Assembly (NCBI RefSeq): GCF_006345805.1
Contig: NC_043000.1
Coordinates: 95,294,001 to 95,358,000 of the forward strand
Length of the DNA stretch: 64,000 nucleotides
Source of the DNA: Octopus sinensis
Taxonomy: Eukaryota
Direction of reading: 5' to 3'
Of this stretch, positions 1 through 12,389 are shown piece after piece. Each line of letters begins with the position of its first letter. Position 1 is the first letter of the stretch. Made by a program: the position numbers and the translations under genes. The notes under the pieces were generated by a model. It saw only the letters and a list, made by a program, of their open reading frames with translations. It did not search any database and was not told the DNA's origin.

Positions 1-620
1 CTTTATAATCTGCTTCAGGTAAACTCAGATCTTACACCAGCCAACACCTGGAAAACCGAAACAAGATCTTATTGTTACGATGAAAAATATCACAGTAAAA
101 AATGTTTTGTCAAAATTCTGTTACCTGAGAAACATCCTGTCGAACTATGCCCAGACAAAGAGATCACCCAGTGATTATCAAAGGTAAGTTCAGCTTTCGG
201 GAGACTCCAGTTCGTGTTGTGGGAAGATCATGGAAACTGATTGCCCACAAAAATAAAATTGTAGCAGGCGCTAAATAAAATGGCTAGGGTTCATTCTATC
301 TCCGTTGCCTTCGTTCAATTTGCAACATTAAGTGGCAAGACAAAGTCCCCCCATTCTTATTTGCAAGATGTGACATACTAGGCATAGAGAGTCTCTCTAT
401 AGCTGAGGTGGGCTGGTCATGTGAAACGCGTAGAAGAGACTTGTTAATCTAAATTCATCTTCTACAATTAAATTAGCAGAATCATCAGGGACCAATACCG
501 CCCGCTGCTGTTTTAAGGACACCCTAAAGATTCGTTTGAAAACCTACAAGATAAACCTGAAGATATGGGGATCGGAAAGACTGACTAGAGCTCAGTGGAG
601 AAGCTCCTACTATCTCCCGT
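1..620 (+). mobile_element. Degenerate RTE/BovB-like LINE, RT C-terminal part
   Basis: Manual translation gives KFCYLRNILS, DKEITQ*LSKVSSAFGRL, RCLRSICNIKWQDKVP, LRWAGHVKRV and FKDTLK. These are RTE-clade C-terminal motifs, broken by stops and frameshifts. Confidence 0.8.
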
Positions 621-816
621 TTTGAAGTATCCTACTACAACGTCTGCAACCTGATCTGTTGGTCCTAGATAGGTATGAATCCCCACATGAGACAACACTG
701 TACATCGGTGTCTGTCGGAGTAACGAGTGAGACCACCGCATCGTATGTGTGTGTATGTGTGTGTAGGAGTACAGAAGGAAAGAGAGGGAAATATCTAGTT
801 AGCAAGATAGGTAGAT

Positions 817-819
<3 letters not shown>

Positions 820-898
<79 letters not shown>
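820..898. repeat. (AGAT)n microsatellite
   Basis: Direct reading. Confidence 0.95.
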
Positions 899-899
<1 letters not shown>

Positions 900-1516
900 A
901 GATTGTCAGGAAGGCCGAGGGTGTCTTGGCATCACTCAGCAGGTCTTTTGTTAGCCGCTCTCCAGCCATCTATTTAAAACTGTATACAGCTATGGTACGA
1001 CCACACTTGGAATTCGCATCATCAGTTTGGAACCCCTATCTTGCACAGAACATTGACCTCCTGGAATCTGTCCAGAGACGTGCAACCAAACGCATACCCT
1101 CCATCAGACACCTACCATATTCTGAGCGCCTTGTTTCCCTGGGCATGGATTCACTGAAGCTCCGGCGTTTGGCGACGGACTTGGTAAACACCCACAAAGT
1201 TATCAACCACCTCACCAACAACAACACTGAACACCTTTTTGATCTCCATGTGTCTAACACACGTGGACATGCCTACAAAGTCAGAAAACAATACAGCTCC
1301 CATGACTTTCGGAAACATTTTTTCACGCTCAGAGTTGCTGAAGCATGGAATAAACTGCCTGCGTCAGTTGTTGACTGCCATGACACTGCATCTTTTAAGG
1401 CCCTCATGCTTTCCGAAATCCGCCGAAACTTCACCTGATTATATATACACTTTAGATGAGTTGTAGTGCACCTGAGCACTGTACACAATTATTATTATTA
1501 TTATTATTATTATTAT
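899..1516 (+). mobile_element. 5'-truncated CR1/L2-type LINE (RT C-terminus, short 3' UTR, (ATT)n tail)
   Basis: ORF 926-1438 contains LYTAMVRPHLEFASSVWNPY, LESVQRRATK, YSERL, TRGH and FFTLRVAEAWNKLP. (ATT)n tail at about 1488-1516. Reading frame is uninterrupted, so probably young. Confidence 0.9.
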
Positions 1517-1947
1517 AATGATGCTCACGCATTCTAACATTTTGCTATATTCTTCATCCTCCTAACTTTTATATTATAGATGAATAATATCATTTCTTCT
1601 TACACGCTTTGAAAAACCAGATCTGGTGAAATATAAAGTCACTGTCACCTTTTAAATGTTCATATATAAGACTATACATATATACCTACACTATAATAAA
1701 TAAAGTAAGATAAAGTAAAGTAAAATATTAGTTGTGTGTAACTTTTACTAAAAGAAAGCAATTATTAAAATCTTACAATTTCCAATTTTAATATTGTTTG
1801 ATCAAAATATCGTTTTCAATTTTCTTTTATTATTAAAGATTTCAAATACACGATTCAATTAGAAAAACTAGATTTTATTTACTGCCAGACAAGTTTTTAA
1901 CGTCTTAAATTTGTGTCCCTCTTCTTCTGCTGTTTCCTTACAACACA

Positions 1948-1997
<50 letters not shown>

Positions 1998-2265
1998 CTC
2001 TCTCTCTCTCCTCTCTCTTCCTTTCTCTTTCAACACTACCTTTGTTGAAATGCTTTCATTAAAAATAAGTGATAAGTTTTTGGATACTCAGACAATACTA
2101 ATAGAATTTTTTTAATTATATCTAACATATCAGTATTACTTAGGGATTTTTCATTTCAAGCAACGTTTCTACACGAAATCTGTCGGCTCCAATATAAACG
2201 AAAAAGTGAATAATAAATTCACTAAAATTAGAATCAGCTATCGGGTTGAATAAAAACTTGGTGCA

Positions 2266-2309
2266 CCATCAACCTGACGAGACTCAAGAAAATCGAAATG
2301 CATCTGATG
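2266..2309 (+). ncRNA. Degenerate hammerhead ribozyme-like motif in a probable Penelope remnant
   Basis: catca..CTGACGA(2274-2280) gact-caagaa-aatc GAAA(2295-2298) tgca TC tgatg; palindromic ATGCAT stem III; stem I offset by 2 nt. Confidence 0.45.
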
Positions 2310-2540
2310 TTCTCGTTAACCACTGCAGGAACAATTTTCATTCTCTTTCCAACCACCCCGATACATGTGTTTTCAACACACCACGCCAGTAAGAGATTTT
2401 CTCTCGGACGAAAACTACAGTATCTTGCCTGTTTATACATTGACTATGATACCTAGATGAGCATTTTAATACAATACTGTTTCAATTGCGTACACCTTTA
2501 TACGAGACATATATAGACACACACACTCGCGCATACATAC

Positions 2541-2614
<74 letters not shown>

Positions 2615-2617
<3 letters not shown>

Positions 2618-2845
2618 GAGGCGCAATGGCCCAGTGGTTAGGGCAGCGGTTTCGATTCCCAGACCGGGCGTTGTGTGTGATTATTGAGCGAAAACACCTA
2701 AAGCTCCACAAGGCTCAGGCAGTGGGTGGTGGTGACGCCTGCGATGGACTGGCGTCCCGTCCAGTAAGGGGGAACATATACGTCACAGAAACCGGGAAAC
2801 CGGGCCCATGAGCCTGGCTAGGCTTGAAAAGGGCTCATAAAAAAA
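2615..2845 (+). mobile_element. Chimeric tRNA-derived SINE (family E head, family F tail)
   Basis: Head gtggaggcgcaatggcccagtgg...gaaaacacctaaagctccac matches 40488. Tail cctgcgatggactggcgtcccgtccag...agaaaccggg...catgagcctgg matches 60315-60410. Confidence 0.8.
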
Positions 2846-2891
2846 TGTATGTATGTATGTATGTATGTATGTATGTATGCATATGTATGTA

Positions 2892-4674
2892 CAGCTGTGG
2901 AAAAAGTTTACCACCACCCATGTTTTCGAATGTTTTCCAGAAGTGAAAGACCAAGTGTTTTTGCTTCACATCTGACGAGAACGCTTAAACGTTTGGTTGC
3001 CGTAGATCCTCGGCTAACATCTACTGGTATCCTTGTTATTACTGCTAACGATAAAACTTGCTTAATGTTGTTTAAATAGACAACAGTTTTATCCTTGATC
3101 TTGTTTACAAATTTTGCAGATAATGTTAATAATGTGCGGTATTCAGGTTAATGCTGTGTTTTGTCTGGTAATTACCTGCTTTCATGTAAATTGCATTCTT
3201 GTCCCAGTTGTATTTGTAAACTTTTCTTTCGTATCTATTGCTAGTTTTTAACAATTTTGTAGCAGAGCGTTGCACGAATAGCTTGTTCGCTTTTTTTTTT
3301 TCTTTTTTGCCTGTACATTTTACATTTGTGCAACTTTTACAAAGAATACTGTGGTCATTGCATTGTACAAGTACAGTACATGCACGTGAGCTTTTCTATG
3401 CTATACAGCAATTTTATCTCTTTTTTTGTATTTTGTTCATTAATAGTTTAACCCTTTTGCATACATTTATTACCTTTTTACACCATGCTTTTTGCACCCT
3501 ACTTTTTGCACCATGCTTTTAATTTGCAGAATGGAACGGAATATTGAATTTTCTTGTGAAGTCCGTGTGCAAATCATTGCTCTTCATAATGAAAGACTAT
3601 CATGCCAAGCCATAACCTCTCGACTAAAATGTCACTATACTACAGTTGTTAGAACAATTAAAAGGCATGCTGAACAAGAAAACTTTGAACGCAGATCCAG
3701 AAATGGAAGACCAAGTGTTTTTACTTCACATCCTACGAGAACGGTTAAACGTTTGGTTGCCGTAGATCCTCGGCTAGCATCTGCTGTTATCCGAAAATAT
3801 CTGCCTCCGTGCAACTACATCACAGATAATAAGTTGCCAACTACCAGAACAATTCGGAATTTGTTGCGTAGGAAACTGAAACAGCGTGCCAGACGGCCTG
3901 TCCGAAAACCACTATTGAATGAATGCAAGTACTGCAAGTGGACAGTTGATCAATGGAAGCAAGTTTTCTTTTCAGATGAGTGCACATTCCAGCATAGACC
4001 AGTTAACTGTCGTTTTGTACCCAAATACACCGTCTCTATGATGTAGCAGCTCGCCAGCATAATGGTTTGGGGTTGTTTTAGCTGATATGGACGTGGAAGA
4101 TTTTAATTTCTACCTAAGGGAAGAACTGTCAATTCCAAGGTCTATCAAGAAATCATGGAAGAAAAATTGCTTCCATGTATGGAGAGTCACCAGACGACCA
4201 TTTTCCAGCAAGGTAATGCTCCTTGCCACTCCTCTAAAGCAATGAAAGCATTCTTCCTCGAGCAAACATCAGTGTTATGGAATAGCCCGACAAGAGTCCG
4301 GACATCAACCCCATTGAAAACCTTTGGTTGATTATGAAGAAGAAAGTTTCCTCTAAACATCCCAAAAACGTTGAAGAATTTAAGGCATCCATAAAGGAAG
4401 TGTTGGGCAAAGAAATTGACTAGAATGTTTGTCGTAGTATGGTACAGAGTCTGCCGACACGTCTGGAAGGAATTATACGAAACAAAGGCTACAGTTCCAG
4501 ATACTGACATATCTAGAATTTGTACTTGCAATAATGTTTTATGTGTCTTTCATTCATGGTACTAACTTTATATATGCAGAAATGTTTGATTTCGTGATAA
4601 AATGAAATGATTTGTCTTGTAGTAAGCGCTTTTGCTGAAAATTTAAGGTGGTGCTAAACTTGTTTCCACTGCTG
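2892..4674 (+). mobile_element. Full-length defective Tc1-like DNA transposon inserted in (TATG)n
   Basis: TIRs cagctgtggaaaaagtttaccaccacc (2892) and ggtggtgctaaacttgtttccactgctg (ends 4674), each flanked by TA. Confidence 0.9.
3531..4507 (+). pseudogene. Tc1-like DDE transposase pseudogene
   Basis: HTH region with GRP, WTVDQWKQVFFSDE, MVWGCF, FQQGNAPCH and SPDINPIENLW; internal stops and frameshifts. Confidence 0.9.
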
Positions 4675-4769
4675 TATGTATGTATGTATGTATGTATGTA
4701 TGTATGTATGTATGTATGTATGTATGTATGTATGTATCTATGTATGTATGTATGTATGTGTGTGTGTGT

Positions 4770-5205
4770 ATGTGACTGTGTGGTAAGAAGATTGTTTCCC
4801 AACCACATGGTTCCGGGTTCAGTCCCACTGCGTGGCAACTTGGGCAAGTGTCTTCTGCTATAGCCTGGAGCCAACCAAAGCCTTGTGAATAGATTTGGTA
4901 GACGGAAACTGTAAGAACCCCGTTGTATATGTATATATATATGTGTGGGTGTGTGGGTGTATGTGTGTGTGTCTGTGAGTCTGTGTCAGTGTCTATGTGT
5001 CTGTGTGTCTTTATGTGAGTGTATGCGTGTTTTCGTGTATGTGTCTGTCCTCCACTACCGCTTGACAACTGGTGTTGATGTGTTTACGTCCCCGTAACTT
5101 AGCGGTTCGTCCAAAAATTACTGGGGGTCGATTCATTCGACTAAAAACTCTTGAAGGTGGTGCCCTGGCATGGCTGCAGTCTAATGACTGAAACAAGTAA
5201 AGCAT
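4770..5205 (+). mobile_element. tRNA-derived SINE family B (internal microsatellite)
   Basis: gtgtggtaag...ggttcagtcccactgcgtggc...ttgggcaagtgtcttc; tail gactgaaacaagtaaa; at least 8 copies in the window. Confidence 0.85.
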
Positions 5206-5235
5206 AAAAAAGAGAGAGATGGAGATAGAGAGGGA

Positions 5236-5286
<51 letters not shown>

Positions 5287-5459
5287 CCTATTAAAGAAAG
5301 ACACTATTAAAGAGTACCAAGAACCCCAGAGACAGCTTGTTCGTCAACTTCATTCGTCTAAATAGCCGATCGTGTTTATACGTTACAAATTCATCCATCG
5401 AAGCTGTTGTCTACATTATTATCGTGTACTGTGTTTAACATTAACAAGATTCACATCAC

Positions 5460-6050
5460 ACATCATTCCGAAAACACATGACATGTATGTTATTTGTTTG
5501 TTAATTTGACTGTTTGTTTACAATATTTTTCTTGTTTTGTTTCCCTTCCTTCGGACATATTGGACACAATACAATTATAATGCCAATGGTCTTCATAGAC
5601 ACAATCAATAAAGTTTCAGTAATGCCGTTTGTTATTTTTTGCGGGTATTTTTCAGGTTTTTCATTTTTCGTCATCTATTTTCGTTTTTCGTTTTTTACTC
5701 CATTATTTATTTTGTAGTTTCTTCGTTTGTTGTTGTTGCTGTTGTTGTTGTTTCCATAGGCAAATAACATTAGATTGTTTTGCATAGAAAGAAGTAGCGA
5801 AACGAATTTGACTATTGATTTGTTAGTGAAGCAGAAGGTACATGTCTTCAGAGTTATTGGACTGAGTGAGTTTGGGGATATAAATGAAGTGAAATAACTA
5901 TACTTGAGACTTTGAAGTGTACATAGATTCATAATATCATACAAAATAGCTTTCAGAAATAAAAAAAAATAGATTAGAAAATAAGTTGATAGAAAAGAGG
6001 AAAATGAGCTTATCGTACAATCATGCCCTTTTTTGAGGCTATCTTTCATC
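5460..6050 (-). mobile_element. Possible highly degenerate Penelope-like RT/GIY-YIG remnant
   Basis: Minus-strand YDIMNLCT resembles FDxxxLYT; a Q..AYG motif and a downstream IIIVLCPIC-like segment are also present. Weak. Confidence 0.3.
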
Positions 6051-6974
6051 TATGTTAAATGAAATAGCAGGTATGTATACGCATGCATGTATATATGTAT
6101 ATATACATATATAGGCATATGCGTGCGCAGGTGTGTGCGCGCATATACATATTTCCACACATACATACATACATACATACATACATACATACATACATAC
6201 GTATGTACATATGTAATGCCGAAAGCTTGATTTTTATTCTGTCACATAAAATCGTTTATAGCAAATCTCTTTATAAAGTAATATTCTTCGTTGGCTCTGA
6301 AAATAGTCTTCATTTGAGACATATATATGCGTAGGAGTGGCTGTGTGGTAAGTAGCTTGCTAACACACATGCGCAGTTAGTCAGTTGCTTCCTGTTCAGC
6401 CAGAGTGGACGCGAGTCAACCAGCTCCGTCCAATTAAAGAAAAAAGACCAAAAACGGAAAGTTGTCGAGGTAAGTGATTTTGTTTATTGTGAGTTGGGCA
6501 TAATTTATTGCGTGCCAATTATTATTTCAGTAAGTTGTGTCCAACTCTGAGACAATTTCGCCTGCTCTCGGCGGCTGCCGTTTTTGTGTTTATTGAAAAA
6601 AAAGCAGTGGAGGGGCGTATCCGTCTTCGATAAATTGAGTGAATATTTTTTTCACGTAATTGTGAGAATTGTATTGTGCTGTAAAGAACTTTTTGTGAAA
6701 ACTGCTATATAGGGGAGTATTTTGCCTCCGAAGTTTGAACAAGTTTTACCAATTTTACACCAAGTTTTGTGGAAGTTGTGCGTTCCTGGTTCAATTTAGG
6801 CCGGGAGTACCAAATGGCCAGAAGGTTTTTGCTGTGTTATTGACTTTCTTTTTAACTTTATTTGACTCTCTCCTTTTTCACTGTGACTTTCTTCGGATTT
6901 CCTTTTCCTCTCGTTTTTTAGTTTTATTCTGAATACATTTTAAAAAAAAAACAAAAAAAAAACAAAAAAAGAAC

Positions 6975-8213
6975 ATGGCAATGAAAAATAACAAACTTTT
7001 GGAATGGGAGATCATACCGCCTAAAAAGTGGTTAAAAGACCGTGAAGATAGGACGGTGGTGTTGAGAACCTACTCCAAGGCACTCGACACCATCGCCCTA
7101 TTCGAAAAGACGGCAATTGAAAAGGAGTTGGAAGAGTATTTGCCAACAATTAAATTCATTTCCAGGGGTGTCAAATATGCAACGGTGTGGTTGCTATTTG
7201 ACACCCCTGAAGAGGCTTGCAAATTTGCTAGCAAACCCCTGGAGGGTAAGGAAATCTTATTCCTGCCCACGTACAAAAAAAAGAAATTGATGAAAGCTTG
7301 AATTTGCGGTCTGCCACCCGACATAGAACCCGAGTGGATAGAGGAGACTATCCGCCGGGGTCTGGGTGGCAGCGAAACTAAGCTCCTTAATGTAAAAGTT
7401 CTTCCTGCGGCTGCTTGGGTTGGGTCAAAAGCAATTTTGACCCTGTGGACCCAATCAGCCAATCTGGTTCTTCCAGATTTTTTGAAAATGGCCGGGTGCA
7501 GGTACCCGGTGATGCTTGAGGGTCGCCCCCCTAAGTGTCATCGGTGCTTGGAGTCCGGCCACATAAAGAAGAACTGTCCCCGGGAACAAAATAGGATCCC
7601 GGAACAGTTAAGTAAAACCCCTCTAGAAGAGGGAGTGATAACGGCCGAGAAAGCAGAGGACTCCTCAAACAGAGGCCGAAAGAGGAAAGTGAGCAACAAT
7701 GGGTGCTCACCAAAGGATAATAGGGATGAGGAGAGGAAGGCGAATCTTCCAGCCACGGAGGAGACGCACCCTCCCTCAGTTGAAAAGGGAAAAAAAAAGA
7801 AAAAGAGGAAGAAAAACGGGACATTACCGACTGTCAGTGTAGCACCGGAATGTCCCGGAACTACGTCGGTTGGGGTTGTGCCACCGACAAGAGAAGGAAT
7901 ACTGTTGGCGGGAACTGTGCCGCCACCGAAAGAACTGAACGTATTGGTTCTCTTCTATAGAGGAGGAGAAATTGAAAAAGTGATGGAAGAGCATCACAAG
8001 GGAGCACCTTTAGCCTTCACACAGGACCCCGAATGGCCTCCGCAGGTAGCTGTGGAGGCCGTGGCGTTCGACGTGACGCTTGGGCTAAAGGAGCTCAATG
8101 AAGACTATAACTTGGTCCCGGGCGACGCTGACTCGGAACTTGATTACGTTCTGAGGGAGGCGTGGTTGATGGTGGAGGGCGCGGGCACAAGCGACTTCGA
8201 GGACGATATGTAA
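6975..8213 (+). pseudogene. Gag-like ORF1 with CCHC zinc knuckle, one in-frame TGA at 7299-7301
   Basis: ORFs 6975-7301 and 7437-8213 are in the same frame and the gap is open (KA*ICGLPPDIEPEWI). EGRPPKCHRCLESGHIKKNC fits CX2CX4HX4C. Basic KKKKKRKK patch and acidic tail. Confidence 0.85.
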
Positions 8214-8234
8214 TTATTGAACTGTTACTATTAG

Positions 8235-8447
8235 TAATGGACTGCTAAGTCCAAAAATTGAAAAATTGTAAGAGGTTTAATACCTCGTTTTGTGTTTATT
8301 TTTATTAATAATGGACTGCTAAGTCCAAAAATTGAAAAATTGTAAGAGGTTTAATACCTCGTTTTGTGTTTATTTTTATTAATAATGGACTGCTAAGTCC
8401 AAAAATTGGAAAAATTGTAAGAGGTTTAATACCTCGTTTTGTGTTTA
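8235..8447 (+). repeat. 74 bp tandem repeat, about 2.9 copies, in the 3' UTR of the ORF1-only element
   Basis: taatggactgctaagtcc starts at 8235, 8309 and 8383. Confidence 0.95.
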
Positions 8448-9013
8448 TCCTTAAAAAGAACAATGTTTTAGAGAAGCGAAAGTCGGCGGGAGCTTTTGTC
8501 TTCTCCCATCCTTATCATCTTTCTTTCATTATCATTCACTTCATTAATGTCCTCGTCCAGCCCGTAAAGCTAACTTAATCTGTGTACTGCCTTTATGGCA
8601 AATGTTTTGAAATAAAGTAGCTTGCTTACCAACCACCTGGTTCCGGGTTCAGTCCCACTGCGTAGCACCTTGGGCAAGTGTCTTCTACTATAGCCTCGGG
8701 CCGACCAAAGCCTTGTGAGTGGATTTGGTAGACGGAAACTGAAAGAAGCCCGTCATATATATATATATGTATATATGTGTGTGTGTGTATATATATTTGT
8801 GTGTCTGTGTTTGTCCTCCCAACATCGCTTGACAATCGATGCTGGTGTTTACGTCACCGTAACTTAGCGGTTTGGCAAAAGAGACCGATAGAATAAGTAC
8901 TAGGCTTAAAAAAAGAATAAGTCTTGGGGTCGATTGTGCAGCGCCAATTCGGTGCTGCAGCATGGCCACAGTCACATGACTGAAACAAGTAAAAGAGTAA
9001 AAGAGTATATATA

Positions 9014-9051
<38 letters not shown>

Positions 9052-11042
9052 TATACTGTAAACAGGAAAGAATCAAGATGGTGGTATTCCATACGTGTAT
9101 TAAATGTGTCGATCGTTTTCATAGCTAATAGCACCATTTCATAAGTTTCTATATATGCAAATTATGAAAATCCAAACAATAATTAATTCATGAGTATGGT
9201 TACCGCTTGCCACCTCATCAGACCAGTGAAAGATAAGGTAGGTTTACCAGGTCCGGTCATGTAGAAGTGATAACGTTGTTCATGAATTGTTTAATATGGT
9301 TTGGATTTACGTAAATCGTAAATGTACACACCATTGTGAGCATGAATGAAATGGCTCCACTGGCTATAGAAACTATTGACACCTTTAATAAAGATATGGA
9401 ACACAATCAGCTTCACTCTTTCTTCTGTTTGGAAGTCCACTGGATTAAATTAATACAGATATTGATTTACCTCCCTTGACATTCTGTTAGGTTTTTTTTT
9501 TTTGTATGGAAAGCTGACCGAGGTATTTGTCTGAATTTCTTTAACTCCTACTTTCCTATGCGTGTGTGCGTCTATGTGCGTGTGTGTGTGTGCGTGTGCG
9601 TACGTGCGTGTGTGTGTGTGTGTGTGTGTGTGTCTGTGTGTGCGTGTTAGCAAGAGTAACTTCTAAGTTTTACCTACTGACCTATTGTGGCTCTACAAAC
9701 TATGTGCAGGAATTTGTATTCGTGTGTAATTATATGTGTATATGTAATTATATGTATCTAAAGCCAGATACACAAGCGCTCGAGGGTACACAGTTTTAGA
9801 GTAGACCTCCGAATCGGCGCTGCATAATCAGTGAATTCGGAGTTAATGGGATGATATACTTTTGTATATGTTTTGAGTGAGGAGAAATAGAAGTGTGAGT
9901 CAATGAGCTTGTAGTGGACAGAGGTGGAAATGACGGTGGAAGCAATTAAGAAACAAACTGAGTATTAGATGCAGTAAGATCTACTTCTGAATGAACTAAG
10001 TTAGTGTGTAACAGTCATTGGCTAACTGTAGCCTGTGGTTCTTTCTGAATAGCACGTCAATGAAAAAGTACCTCGAATTCTTTAGTAGTGCGGCTCGCTT
10101 GATGATCAGTCATTTCTCGCGTGGGCCATTTCTCGAAAAAGGTTGCCCATGTCTGGTGTAAGAGATTAAGCTATTAAGTTGATATGGTGGATCCGAGGCT
10201 GTCATCCTTATAGAGATCCTTTGTCGAGCACTTGAGTTCTCTGATCTCACGACATATGCCTTTCCTTTTCTTCTTTTCCCTCCTCCACCTCATCTCTTAA
10301 GTCCTTGACATTTGCTTCTACTCATTTTATTCAATAATTTAGTTACATTTCTCTTGGTTGTTCACTGATTATGTGAAAAGTGCCCGCTCTAACATCTTAG
10401 CACCACATTTTCAACACATTGTATCACACTTCCAACTTATACCACCTCTTTCAACTACATCCGTAGCTCCGCCTTACACAGACCAAATAAGCAGCTCATC
10501 TCTTAGCTATTCACACACCACACCATTCACTAGTCCTACGCCTTCTCTGTTTTAGCACATAGCGTCGCACACTTCAGAGGTGAAAGCAAACAAAATTCCA
10601 TGTTGTATGTTACCAAAAAGGCATTTTGCAGAGTGATAGCTTATCGGTGTAGATCTTTGTACTCCTGTTAAATCCATTATCAAATGGATACAGTGTATCG
10701 AGAAAAATCCCTCACAATTTTTTTCAGGATGCCCAGAAGCTGAATAAGATATTGATAACACAAAAAATGAAACTTTTTTCAGAATAACAGAAGATACTTC
10801 ATCATAAAAATGATGGCAAATAATTCGGGAAATATGTGAAGTGCGAAAAAATATTCAATAATTATTCAAATCCAGAGAGTCGGAATATTGAATGTCACCG
10901 ACGAAAATCGAATTAACCTTCTAAATAAAGATAGAACTGTACATAAAAATTTCTCTGCAAAAATCATTGCTATCATGTTGGTCTCTGTGATAACGAATAT
11001 AGTAGCAGAGTGAGTATGAAATGGAAAATTTGTCATGGAATA

Positions 11043-11073
<31 letters not shown>

Positions 11074-11559
11074 ATATTATATATATATATATAAGGTAAA
11101 ATTTGACATTGACAGTGACTTCGAAATTTATAAATAGAGTAGTATTGATTTCATGAAGCATTGACTGAGATGTGTATGTATGTGTATATGTATGTATATA
11201 CGTATACACACACACATATATGTATGTATATATATATATATATATATATATGGTGGTGCTCCAGCATGACTACGGCCGCATGGTTGAAACGAGTAAAAGA
11301 GTAATATAAAAGCACACATGCAACACCATTTCTGTTACTAAATTTGTCTCTGCTTTGATCAATCCGAAACTAATGCAGATATTACTACCAGAGTTGCTGG
11401 GGGAATAGGATCGAATTTGTTTTGAGGCAAATATCTTAACGAATTCCACGAAATGCTCTATTCAGCCCATTAACAGAATAACCTCCATTATTTCCTACAA
11501 AAGCTTGCTTTTCATAGCTATGAGGTATTATTAAAGCTTTTCTTCTATTAATTTGAGGG

Positions 11560-11920
11560 TTGGAGGGAGGAGGAGAGAATTGATATCTGTGGCTTTGCGG
11601 AGATTGGTAAAAATCAATTCCGAGAGTTGAATGATCGATTCCATTAACGTTGAGCTTTGTAGGATTACGCCTTCAGGAAAAATTCAAGTCGGCATCGACT
11701 TCCAGAAAGTGGGGATCGAGGAAGAAAGGATTGGAGAAAGTGTTTGGTGGGCATGATGTGAGAGAGAGACGAGTGCATCAAATTAACTTAGGGAGAGACG
11801 GTATACAGCTTGAAAGTTCAGAGGAGAAAAAATTGTTGTAGTAGAAGTAAACGAAGAAGAGAAGAAGAAATTACGTCTGCGAATCGAAATTGTGATATGT
11901 TGGTGAATGAGCACTAGCCA
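11560..11920 (-). mobile_element. Degenerate Jockey/CR1-group LINE 3' fragment
   Basis: Minus strand gives RRNF..L..FY.YYN...SSELSSCIP and SFLPR..LW-like motifs. Confidence 0.5.
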
Positions 11921-11962
11921 ATTAGTCGCACGACATTCTTTCCTTTGCTGATTGTGTGTGTG

Positions 11963-11998
<36 letters not shown>

Positions 11999-12013
11999 CA
12001 GTATTCCAGTGTC

Positions 12014-12235
12014 TGGAGGTCCGTGACCTAGTGGTTAGGGGGATGTCAGCATCATGATCGTAAAATTGTGGTTTCGATTCCTGGACGGAGTGGCGTTGCT
12101 CCAATCCATTCAGCTGGCAAAGTGAGTAATCCTGCGACGGACCGGCGTCCTGATCAGGTGTGGAAGACATATTCACTGTGGAAACCGAGAAACCCGCCCT
12201 ATGAGTCTGTATGACTCGAGAACGAACTTTACTTT
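12014..12235 (+). mobile_element. tRNA-derived SINE family F
   Basis: tagtggttagg...gtttcgattcctggac...cctgcgacggaccggcgtcc...gaaaccgagaaacc; homologous to 60167-60412. Confidence 0.8.
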
Positions 12236-12389
12236 TACGTTTTTCCAGTGTGGGTCGCATGTTGTGATGAGGAGTTAGCATCTAATGAGTACCGAAGTAA
12301 TGTTTAGCCTTGAAGAACCTTATTTATATGTCCGAAGTGCTGACATTGTTATGTGTGAGGTTAGCATGAAAAATGCTCAAAGATTGTAA

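Larger units (their letters stand above)
6362..8614 (+). mobile_element. ORF1-only non-autonomous non-LTR retroelement (HAL1-like, Tx1/L1-type ORF1)
   Basis: 12 bp TSD aagtagcttgct (6350-6361 and 8615-8626); about 610 bp 5' UTR; single gag-like ORF; 3' region ending in AATAAA; no endonuclease or RT sequence. Confidence 0.8.
6330..9005 (+). mobile_element. Family B SINE split by an insertion (6330-6361 + 8615-9005)
   Basis: Head ggagtggctgtgtggtaagtagcttgct resumes at 8615 as aagtagcttgcttaccaaccac. Confidence 0.9.

Noticed and set aside
7299-7301. Programmed readthrough or selenocysteine at the in-frame TGA
   Set aside because: A CGA>TGA mutation is simpler; no SECIS recognised; needs paralogue comparison
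8235-8447. CRISPR-like array
   Set aside because: Head-to-tail units without unique spacers, in eukaryotic context with no cas genes
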